From positions 1 through 54,312 of the IMG/VR virus record IMGVR_UViG_3300020474_000020: a DNA stretch of 54,312 bases; one strand, written 5' to 3'. A program made the position numbers and the translations under genes. The number at the start of each line of letters is the position of its first letter. Position 1 is the stretch's first letter. The DNA is from a virus. Lineage: Duplodnaviria > Caudoviricetes. The notes beneath the pieces were generated by a model. That model did no database searches and was not told where the DNA came from. It saw only the letters and a program-made list of their open reading frames with translations. Below are positions 47,291 through 54,310 of the stretch, one piece after another.

Positions 47291-48323
47291 CTAACATAAG
47301 TTTGATTAACCCCTCCAAGTCGTACTTTGGTTTCCACCCAAGTTCTTCTCTGGCCTTAGAACAATCTCCTCTTAAGTAATCTACTTCTGAAGGTCTGTAG
47401 AATTTTGGATCAACTACTACGTAATTTTTCCAATCACCTATACCAGAATAATTAAATGCTATTTCTAGGAACTCTTCTATAGTATGAGTTTCTCCTGTAC
47501 ATACAACGTAGTCATCTGCGTAATCTTGCTGTAACATCAACCACATTGCTTCTACATAATCTCCAGCATATCCCCAATCTCTGTAAGCATTTAAATTACC
47601 AAGTCGTAGCTTTGGGAAGCGATTGCCCGTATCTCTATCGCAGTATATATAGTCATCATTATAAGAAGTTGATCCTACGCATACTTTGTCTTTCCATGTT
47701 TTGTAATTTTTAATCCAGCTAACTATTTTCTGCGTAACAAAATTCTCACCCCTTCGCGGTCCTTCGTGATTAAACAGAATACCAGAACTAGCATGTAAGT
47801 CGTAAGCGTCCCTAAAAAGACGAACGCTGTAATGAGCAGCGCACTTAGATATTGCATAAGGTGAGTTAGGCATAAACTTAGTTTGTTCATTTTGATATTT
47901 CCTTCCTTGTTCATCAATATCATAGGAACTTCCAAACATTTCACTAGAAGAAGCTTGATAGAATTTTACTCTAAACATCGCAAGGTCTACTAGAGACTGT
48001 AGGAGATTTATGCATCCTTTGCCAGTAATATCCCAAGTTAAAGATGGCTGATTAAATGAGCTTGCTACATGCGACTGTGCCGCTAGATTATAGACTTCAT
48101 CTACATTCTCGTTATTTTTAAATATATTTATAACACTACTTACATCTGTAATGTCTCCCTCGATTAATTTGAATCTATCAAAGTCAAGTAGATGCTTAAT
48201 TCTCTCTGTTGTGTCTACACTGCACCTTCTAGTTACTCCTATAACTTCATAATTCTTTTCAAGGAGTAAATCTGCAAGATGGCTTCCATCCTGACCCGTA
48301 ATGCCTGTGATTATTGCTTTCAT
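47277..48323 (-). CDS. gmd: GDP-mannose 4,6-dehydratase (348 aa)
   Basis: ITGITGQDG, NLAAQSHV, YQASSSEMFG, PNSPYAISK, GILFNHEGPRRGENFVT, RDWGYAGDYV, RPSEVDYLRGD. Confidence 0.96.
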   Translation of the reverse strand: MKAIITGITGQDGSHLADLLLEKNYEVIGVTRRCSVDTTERIKHLLDFDRFKLIEGDITDVSSVINIFKNNENVDEVYNLAAQSHVASSFNQPSLTWDITGKGCINLLQSLVDLAMFRVKFYQASSSEMFGSSYDIDEQGRKYQNEQTKFMPNSPYAISKCAAHYSVRLFRDAYDLHASSGILFNHEGPRRGENFVTQKIVSWIKNYKTWKDKVCVGSTSYNDDYIYCDRDTGNRFPKLRLGNLNAYRDWGYAGDYVEAMWLMLQQDYADDYVVCTGETHTIEEFLEIAFNYSGIGDWKNYVVVDPKFYRPSEVDYLRGDCSKAREELGWKPKYDLEGLIKLMLDAKL

Positions 48324-49084
48324 GTTATCCTTTCGACCTTTCCATTTTTTATATCTATTCGATTATCTTTATTCTCTAATAAATCTTTCTTTATTGTTTC
48401 TATACTTAAATGAGGATTCCTAGTCTCGCCCACTCCAGACTTATCACTAACATTAAAAACAAACTCCTCTGTCTCTATAGTAAAAGGAGGGTTGTAATGA
48501 AAATAAGCGTTAATATAACTTTCGTCGTTAACTCCCGGTTCATATGGTATTTCCTTGTCTATAAGTTGCCACTCTCTCAGCGTCCTACAAAAATTTAAAA
48601 CTCTATCTTTTTCTCCACCAAAGAACGCCCCGTAGTAATACATTTGTTTTAACGGCGTATCGTATGGTACGTATGATTTAGATCTTGGGTTTCTGTCAAA
48701 TGCTTTCTTATCACGCATCCACGTTCTGTTTCCAAAGTGTTCGCCCCCTACCAAATTGCCAATAAACCAATCCGTTGTAAATGGCCTGCTAACACTAGTA
48801 TCTGCATCGAAGTAATAAATATAGTCAATATCCTCGTCTTCCATAGTAAGTATATTTTTAAATTTTGAATTAGTTCCGTCTGCCCACCTTTTGTGATGTT
48901 CTGGTATATATTTAACATTTAGTCGCGGATCATTTGGTAGATAGGGCGCTGGGTCTGTATCTGAGAAAAAATAAAACGTTACCTTGTCATGGCCTGTATT
49001 AAAGAATGTAAATTGCTTTAAGAACTTTACTCCCAAAGCAAAATATGCATTCGTCGCTATAACTACTATTCCTATTTTTCTCAT
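48320..49084 (-). CDS. GT6-family (ABO blood-group-like) glycosyltransferase (254 aa)
   Basis: IGIVVIATNAY, FYFFSD, DAD (DXD) motif, YYYGAFFGG, NDESYINAYF matching GT6 signatures (YYxGxFFGG; DESHLN). Confidence 0.85.
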   Translation of the reverse strand: MRKIGIVVIATNAYFALGVKFLKQFTFFNTGHDKVTFYFFSDTDPAPYLPNDPRLNVKYIPEHHKRWADGTNSKFKNILTMEDEDIDYIYYFDADTSVSRPFTTDWFIGNLVGGEHFGNRTWMRDKKAFDRNPRSKSYVPYDTPLKQMYYYGAFFGGEKDRVLNFCRTLREWQLIDKEIPYEPGVNDESYINAYFHYNPPFTIETEEFVFNVSDKSGVGETRNPHLSIETIKKDLLENKDNRIDIKNGKVERIT

Positions 49085-49182
49085 TCTTTATCTCTAGCTA
49101 TATATATAAAAAGAAACACTATAGGTAGCTCTACCATTAGAGCAACAGACCAGCACATCAATATATCAAGCAATGTTGGCAT
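49081..49182 (-). CDS. Small single-TM protein (33 aa, MPTLLDILMCWSVALMVELPIVFLFIYIARDKE)
   Basis: Not in ORF track; AGGAGG RBS; its TGA overlaps the GT6 ATG (ATGA). Confidence 0.55.
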   Translation of the reverse strand: MPTLLDILMCWSVALMVELPIVFLFIYIARDKE

Positions 49183-49822
49183 TTATGCCCTCCTGTTTAC
49201 ATATATTATAGAAGTCTTCTGTGAATTTACCTTTACGACACGCCTCTAAATACCACGGCTTTTCTTGCATTGCGAAAAAGATTCTATGTAAGCAATTGTT
49301 ATTCAAACGCTGACTTCCTTCCACTTCAAACTGCCAAGGGTCTTCTTCGTTATCTTTATCAAAACAGCTATATAGAAAATTAGCATTCCAAAAGGAAGCC
49401 TGTAAGGATATTGTATATAAGCTTTGTTGGTGAAACTTATAGATGTTTTTATATACGGGAAGCTTTGCGTAGAATGCGCTATCGTCGTGTATTCCAAATC
49501 GCCCCGCACTATTAGAAATAAAGAAATCATAATAAGCCTGCATTTCCTCTAGCAATATATAATTTCTAAGAAAGTAATCATCTTGTAACCATAGGATGTT
49601 CTTTGGTTTAATTTTATCTATAGCTTTTTTAACGCCTATACTAAAAGTGCCATTCTTTACCTTTATAGTTTCAAATTTATGTAGTCTAGCGTCCGTCTCT
49701 TGTGTTATAATATATTTCTTAACGTCTATAGAATTATCCCAATACTTGTGGAATAGATAATTAAAATGATTCCACAGATAATGGTACTTATCACAGGAGC
49801 CAACTAATATAACAAAATCCAT
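49166..49822 (-). CDS. Putative GT-A-fold glycosyltransferase (218 aa)
   Basis: SCDKY..LW..F..LF.KYW, ILWLQDDYFL (DXD-like), SLQASFW, PWQFE motifs like proteins of polysaccharide loci; adjacent to GT6 and gmd. Confidence 0.6.
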   Translation of the reverse strand: MDFVILVGSCDKYHYLWNHFNYLFHKYWDNSIDVKKYIITQETDARLHKFETIKVKNGTFSIGVKKAIDKIKPKNILWLQDDYFLRNYILLEEMQAYYDFFISNSAGRFGIHDDSAFYAKLPVYKNIYKFHQQSLYTISLQASFWNANFLYSCFDKDNEEDPWQFEVEGSQRLNNNCLHRIFFAMQEKPWYLEACRKGKFTEDFYNICKQEGINANIA

Positions 49823-49824
49823 TA

Positions 49825-50610
49825 TTAATCCTTTACAGTATCTGGCGTAAGGAATGGTTGATCAATAGTTCCATCTTCATATTTATGATAAACAGAAAGT
49901 CTTGCCTTTTCATTCTCCATAGCTAGTTTCATTTTCTCCATCTCTATGCCATACTTCTTCATTATTTCTGGGTCTTGCATTATAGTGCCAACCCATGCAG
50001 TAAAGCTAAGTTTACTGTCCTCTAGTCGTTTAATTCGCTGCTCTCTCGTGCCTTTCATTTCTTTTAGCATAGAACTCTTCTTGGCCTGCAACTCGCGGTA
50101 ATCCTTATTCAAACTTTCCTGCGAAGCCCTAAGTGAAGCCACCTGTCTTTCTAAGTTAATAATATAGTCTATGTCTTGTTGATCTTTGTCTCTAGCTCGT
50201 TCGTCTTGTATCATGTGGTCATATGTGTTAATTTGTTCGATGTTTTCTTTATTACCTTTTAAACATCTATTCATAAGTAATTCAAGTTTTATGGTATCTA
50301 CTATCTGTACTTCTTCTGTAGGTAGTACGTCATTCTTAAACTGGGAGACCATGCGGGACCAATGATATTTAAATAGTTCTAATTCTTCATCTGTAAACTG
50401 TTGTCTAAGTTCTTTGTAATAGGGGCGATTCTCTAGTGAATAAGCTGCTTGCTCTTCTCTAGATATACCTACGTTAAATTTACGTTTAATAAAGTTTACA
50501 ACAGATTCAGTATCACGATCTAGTTGAATGGCAATGTCTTCAGGTGTCATGCTATTAATAAGACGACCAATAGTTCTTTCTTCTTCTTTGGAGAATCTAC
50601 CCTTTTTCAT
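49825..50610 (-). CDS. HTH plus coiled-coil protein, candidate terminase small subunit (261 aa)
   Basis: N-terminal KGRFSKEEE...PEDIAIQLDR...V HTH/Myb-like segment, central helical oligomerisation region, KEMKGTREQR; upstream of terL. Confidence 0.45.
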   Translation of the reverse strand: MKKGRFSKEEERTIGRLINSMTPEDIAIQLDRDTESVVNFIKRKFNVGISREEQAAYSLENRPYYKELRQQFTDEELELFKYHWSRMVSQFKNDVLPTEEVQIVDTIKLELLMNRCLKGNKENIEQINTYDHMIQDERARDKDQQDIDYIINLERQVASLRASQESLNKDYRELQAKKSSMLKEMKGTREQRIKRLEDSKLSFTAWVGTIMQDPEIMKKYGIEMEKMKLAMENEKARLSVYHKYEDGTIDQPFLTPDTVKD

Positions 50611-51085
50611 GTATCAACTCCTTTATAATTTCTATGACTTGTTCTCTACGTTTTTTAGAAACATAAACATCATTAAGCATTTTAAGATAATCAGCTCTAT
50701 GTTCAGCTGGTAAGTGTTCATTTATAATATTCTGTATTTGTGAGAAGTCTACCTTTTCATCTAAACATAGTTCTTCTTGTGGGATGGAAGCTTCGTAAGC
50801 TAGCTGTTGTGGACAAAGGACATTACGTTTCTTTTCGTCTTGTCCGATATAATAATTATCACGTATGAAATTTTTAAGTCTATTGGAAAGATTAACAGAA
50901 AGAAAGTTTTCTAATGGGCGTTTTTGGTCGTATCTATTAAGTGCATCCATACATATCATAAAAGCTTCTTGTTTTATATCATCAAGATCGTAACCGTGAA
51001 ATGTATACTTGGGCGATATCCTATTGACAACAAGGTTAATTTTATCAAGTACCTCTTCTTTGGTCATGTTCTTGGGTATATTCAT
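50597..51085 (-). CDS. Sigma70/ECF-like RNA polymerase sigma factor (162 aa)
   Basis: Region-2-like DLDDIKQEAFMICMDALNRYDQKRPLENFLSVNLSNRLKNFIRD. Confidence 0.75.
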   Translation of the reverse strand: MNIPKNMTKEEVLDKINLVVNRISPKYTFHGYDLDDIKQEAFMICMDALNRYDQKRPLENFLSVNLSNRLKNFIRDNYYIGQDEKKRNVLCPQQLAYEASIPQEELCLDEKVDFSQIQNIINEHLPAEHRADYLKMLNDVYVSKKRREQVIEIIKELIHEKG

Positions 51086-51636
51086 AAATACCTCTTAAGC
51101 AAGCCAGCGAATTCCTCTAGGGTTACAGATGCTAGTTCATTATTTATACATACTAAAACAGAATCATTTTCAATTTTTATGGGAGAAGGAGGTCCATCAG
51201 TATTAGACTTAAGCAATGAGTTAGGTTCTTCAAGTGTTACTTCTGCACTAGGGGGATTATAACTTTTAACAATTAAAGTTTGAGTGCGATCTCTTTCAGC
51301 AAAAGATAGGAAATTACCGTCACTCGAAGATAAAGAGTTTTCAGTAAACACAGCAGATGCAGATTCACGTACTAATAGAATTTTATCATTAGAAGTAGCT
51401 AGGTGGCCTATACCTATCTCTGCAATGTTTTCTTCTACTTCGCAGTTTAATTCTGCAATGTAGTAAAAAGAGTTTTTCTTACCAAAAACCTCTAGGAAAG
51501 TATAGAACTCGTCCCCTGTAGTGTTTTTAGGTAAGTTTTCAGTTCCAAGTAATTCTAACGCTTTCGATCTATCTTGTACTGGTCTAAAGTTCTCTGTCGC
51601 TATCTTGTAACTTGTTTTCAGCGGCTTCTTGCTCAT
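51082..51636 (-). CDS. Hypothetical protein (184 aa)
   Basis: In operon; FYY...EIGIG..LVRE faintly resembles the DRVRET fibre anchor domain. Confidence 0.6.
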   Translation of the reverse strand: MSKKPLKTSYKIATENFRPVQDRSKALELLGTENLPKNTTGDEFYTFLEVFGKKNSFYYIAELNCEVEENIAEIGIGHLATSNDKILLVRESASAVFTENSLSSSDGNFLSFAERDRTQTLIVKSYNPPSAEVTLEEPNSLLKSNTDGPPSPIKIENDSVLVCINNELASVTLEEFAGLLKRYL

Positions 51637-51751
51637 CCAGTAGTTCCTTTAGTGGGCGATCTTCTTGAGCGAAATCTTTTATGACTTCATCACGCAGTCC
51701 TGCTGTAGCCTTGCAATCTAATTGACATTCTAATTGTTTCGATTTATTCAT
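51584..51751 (-). CDS. Small acidic hypothetical protein (55 aa, MNKSKQLECQLDCKATAGL...), first gene of the late operon
   Basis: Not in ORF track; AGGAGA RBS and GTGTATAAT upstream. Confidence 0.6.
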   Translation of the reverse strand: MNKSKQLECQLDCKATAGLRDEVIKDFAQEDRPLKELLDEQEAAENKLQDSDREL

Positions 51752-51770
51752 ATTGTATCTCCTATTAGGG

Positions 51771-51779
51771 ATTATACAC
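51771..51779 (-). promoter_or_regulatory. Putative late promoter (GTGTATAAT) at the head of the late operon
   Basis: Same motif; a second copy GTGTATATG at 51844-51852. Confidence 0.6.
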
Positions 51780-51950
51780 TATTAACAAGAATAATACCAC
51801 CTAATTGTAACTGTTAGGTGCGACAGGGGAGGATTGGGTAATACATATACACTTAGATTTAAAATTGCGTAACAACCACCCCCCGCCAATCGAGGGGGTA
51901 TACGCTCGTACAGCTACAAGATAAAACCCCCCCAACGCGGGGCGTGCAAA

Positions 51951-52130
51951 TTATTTTGTAATCTTAAAATCTTGCATCTTGTCTTCATACATGGCACGAT
52001 AACCCTGCTCAGTTTTTACAGTCAATAAGATACGATCATTAACGACTTGCATTTTTTCTACCATGCCTGTACGTGGTTTGTTATTGTAAACGCAAGAAAT
52101 TGTAATGCCTTTTTTTGTCATGTTTACCAT
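51951..52130 (-). CDS. Small hypothetical protein (59 aa), SH3/WYL-like
   Basis: MVNMTKKGITISCVYNNKPRTGMVEKMQVVNDRILLTVKTEQGYRAMYEDKMQDFKITK; AGGA RBS; not in ORF track. Confidence 0.55.
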   Translation of the reverse strand: MVNMTKKGITISCVYNNKPRTGMVEKMQVVNDRILLTVKTEQGYRAMYEDKMQDFKITK

Positions 52131-52181
52131 TGTAATATTCCTAAGTGTAAAGAGTGAAAAGTAAAAGTAAGAAACACGATC

Positions 52182-52361
52182 TTAACCAGCCCCGTAAAAA
52201 TCTAGGCTGGCTTCAAAATGTACTGCTTCCGAATCATCGAAGTCTACCCGATTCTCGATAACTTCACAATGCTCATAACAAGTGGGGCAAATTTGTGCAT
52301 CGGACTGAACATAGGAACCGCAGCAATCGGAGTGATAAGTAATTTCAAAATTGTTTGACAT
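52182..52361 (-). CDS. Small zinc-finger-like protein (SDCCG...CPTCYEHC)
   Basis: Cys cluster; likely start MSNNFE at 52361 after AAAGGT. Confidence 0.6.
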   Translation of the reverse strand: MSNNFEITYHSDCCGSYVQSDAQICPTCYEHCEVIENRVDFDDSEAVHFEASLDFYGAG

Positions 52362-52574
52362 GTTAAAACCTTTCAAAGTGTTGTTTGTTATACCTTAAGT
52401 ATATATATTTATTCGGCCTTGTCCAGATAAATCTTGAGAAAATCCAAATATAGTTTCATGCCAAACGAACATAAAAAACAAGAAAAAAAGATAATGTATT
52501 ATTTCTAAATTTTGTGCTTGCAGCGGTCGATGATATAGATTAGACTGTTATTATTAACCCACGAGGAAACAATA

Positions 52575-53018
52575 ATGCGAATCAAAAAACACAACAACGC
52601 AAAATTCCGCAAACTAATTCTTGACCGTGACAACAACCGATGCCGTGCTTGTGGTATCGGTGATGTCGATAGTCTCGAATGTGATCATATCGTACCAGAG
52701 TCGAAAGGCGGTAAGTCTATCCTGTGCAACATGCAAACCCTATGCCATACTTGCAACATTCGCAAGGGTGAAACAAATGTTGGCGAGTTGCCGATACGTC
52801 CCCCTGTCGAGGGGTTCGGTGATTACAGTGAAGTGATGCAAGCTAGGCAAGATTTCCTAGTTATGGTAAATGACGCAAGGCAGGCAGAAATTGACGATCT
52901 GGTAAAACAGGTAAAACAGTGGAGGCAGGCAGGCGTGAAGGGTTGGGTAATCAGCAACCGACTAGGCAAGATGACAACATCAGGCAAGGCACACAAGATA
53001 CTCCAGATGACAAGGTAG
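52575..53018 (+). CDS. HNH endonuclease (147 aa)
   Basis: ILDRDNNRCRACG...LECDHIVPESKGG...NMQTLCHTCNIRKG; GAGG RBS. Confidence 0.92.
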   Translation: MRIKKHNNAKFRKLILDRDNNRCRACGIGDVDSLECDHIVPESKGGKSILCNMQTLCHTCNIRKGETNVGELPIRPPVEGFGDYSEVMQARQDFLVMVNDARQAEIDDLVKQVKQWRQAGVKGWVISNRLGKMTTSGKAHKILQMTR

Positions 53019-53180
53019 GGCAAGCGGGGTGTCCTACGCAAACCCCGCCCATCGGGGTAGGGTAGGAGGTCTGGGCAAGATGGGCAATGTGGAGGATGGT
53101 GTACGTATGTATTATCCTATCCTATAGGATAGAGGGATATGAGGGAGTCAGCGTCAGCGAGGGTCAGCGAAAAAATATAC

Positions 53181-53209
53181 TTGACAGATTAAAGATAGTA
53201 CTGTACAAT
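53181..53209 (+). promoter_or_regulatory. Host sigma70-type early promoter
   Basis: TTGACA-17 nt-TACAAT with an A-rich upstream tract, followed by AAGGAGG RBS. Confidence 0.8.
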
Positions 53210-53237
53210 GTCGATATACTTATTAAGGAGGAAAGTT

Positions 53238-53330
53238 ATGCGAGAATCAGACCAAGAATTACTATTGATTGTTGTTGTGTTGTGTGTTATAGTGGTATCA
53301 GTGTTCAGCAGTTACACCCCGTGCATTTAA
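53238..53330 (+). CDS. Small membrane protein (30 aa, MRESDQELLLIVVVLCVIVVSVFSSYTPCI)
   Basis: AAGGAGG RBS, single hydrophobic segment. Confidence 0.6.
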   Translation: MRESDQELLLIVVVLCVIVVSVFSSYTPCI

Positions 53331-53340
53331 GGAGAATAGA

Positions 53341-53475
53341 ATGTACAATTTTGAATACTTTGCAGAGTTGGAATCATACGAAGCCCGTCGAGAATATGAG
53401 GCTTGGCTTGACGAGCAGGAAGATAATATGGTAAGATTGCACGAACAGGAAATGTCGCCGGAGGTAGTAGAATGA
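53341..53475 (+). CDS. Small acidic hypothetical protein (44 aa, MYNFEYFAELESYEARREYEAWLDEQ...)
   Basis: AAGGAG RBS; packed in early operon. Confidence 0.6.
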   Translation: MYNFEYFAELESYEARREYEAWLDEQEDNMVRLHEQEMSPEVVE

Positions 53476-53630
53476 ATGAATACAAACAAAAATCTTTGTA
53501 TGATGAACTTGACAAGTTTACCACAGATAAATTACAATGCTATTTGTTGGCCTGTCAAGAACACAAGTATGATGACGAGGTACGTGTAGCCGCTAACATT
53601 TTACGAGTACGATATATTAACGAGGAATAA
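53472..53630 (+). CDS. Small hypothetical protein (52 aa, MNEYKQKSLYDELDKF...)
   Basis: GGAGGT RBS, ATGA overlap with previous gene. Confidence 0.6.
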   Translation: MNEYKQKSLYDELDKFTTDKLQCYLLACQEHKYDDEVRVAANILRVRYINEE

Positions 53631-53631
53631 A

Positions 53632-53844
53632 ATGAGCATTTTTGAAAACGCAGATTTCGACAGTATCCTAGCCGGTATCGTTTATGACAGTCGGGTACAA
53701 TCGCCTGATTGTGATGTTATCGAGTCTATTGAAGTAGACGAGTGGGAAGATGACGGACAGCCAACCCACTACGAAGAATGTCAGGACTTGTATGGTGGGG
53801 ATGATTACATAGAACAATGGGAGGATGATTATGGGGATTATTGA
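53632..53844 (+). CDS. Small highly acidic protein (70 aa; DGQPTHYEECQDLYGGD)
   Basis: GAGG RBS; follows previous stop by 1 nt. Confidence 0.65.
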   Translation: MSIFENADFDSILAGIVYDSRVQSPDCDVIESIEVDEWEDDGQPTHYEECQDLYGGDDYIEQWEDDYGDY

Positions 53845-53845
53845 A

Positions 53846-54019
53846 ATGGATTTACAGTCTATCGTGATAGGATACATGGTAGGCGTTGCGTTGATGTGGT
53901 CACTTTGTGAAACGTTGTACGGAGACAACAATGAAAAAAGAGCAGAAACGGATTGTAAGAATACTCGCCCTCGCTATGATCGCCGGTATCATATGTTGTA
54001 CGGTGATCCACCTGAATGA
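53846..54019 (+). CDS. Small membrane protein (57 aa, MDLQSIVIGYMVGVALMWSL...)
   Basis: ATG 1 nt after upstream stop; N-terminal hydrophobic helix. Confidence 0.5.
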   Translation: MDLQSIVIGYMVGVALMWSLCETLYGDNNEKRAETDCKNTRPRYDRRYHMLYGDPPE

Positions 54020-54068
54020 ATGTCCACCAGAGATTCCATGCTTTGATTTACCCCAAACCCCCTCTTAA
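53931..54068 (+). CDS. Small membrane/secreted protein (45 aa, MKKEQKRIVRILALAMIAGIICCTVIHL...)
   Basis: GGAG RBS; basic N-terminus plus hydrophobic stretch; overlaps previous ORF in another frame. Confidence 0.45.
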   Translation: MKKEQKRIVRILALAMIAGIICCTVIHLNECPPEIPCFDLPQTPS

Positions 54069-54190
54069 GGGGGCGCGGGGCGCGCCGCGAAACGCTAAGT
54101 CCTTTGTCAGTATAGACTTACATATTTTTCTATAATTATATAAAGTATATCATGTGGAGTGTCGATATATAGTATATAAGGAGAAAAACT

Positions 54191-54310
54191 ATGTTGACAA
54201 CAATTACATTTTTAAGTATGTTCGTGGGTTTCGAGGGCTATCTAAATGGTAAATTATACGTTGGTATTTATACCCCTAATTGTGAGTATGGATACGTGAT
54301 AAAAAATAAT
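54191..54310 (+). CDS. Hypothetical protein, partial (runs off the right edge)
   Basis: AAGGAG RBS, ATG at 54191, open to the window end; GTCGATA motif upstream. Confidence 0.6.
   Translation, partial: MLTTITFLSMFVGFEGYLNGKLYVGIYTPNCEYGYVIKNN

Noticed and set aside
47277-49822. Complete GDP-fucose pathway
   Set aside because: No GDP-fucose synthase or fucosyltransferase is recognisable in the window; only gmd is supported
53087-53434. 115-aa plus-strand ORF
   Set aside because: Spans a promoter and two smaller ORFs with strong RBSs in other frames; no recognisable motif
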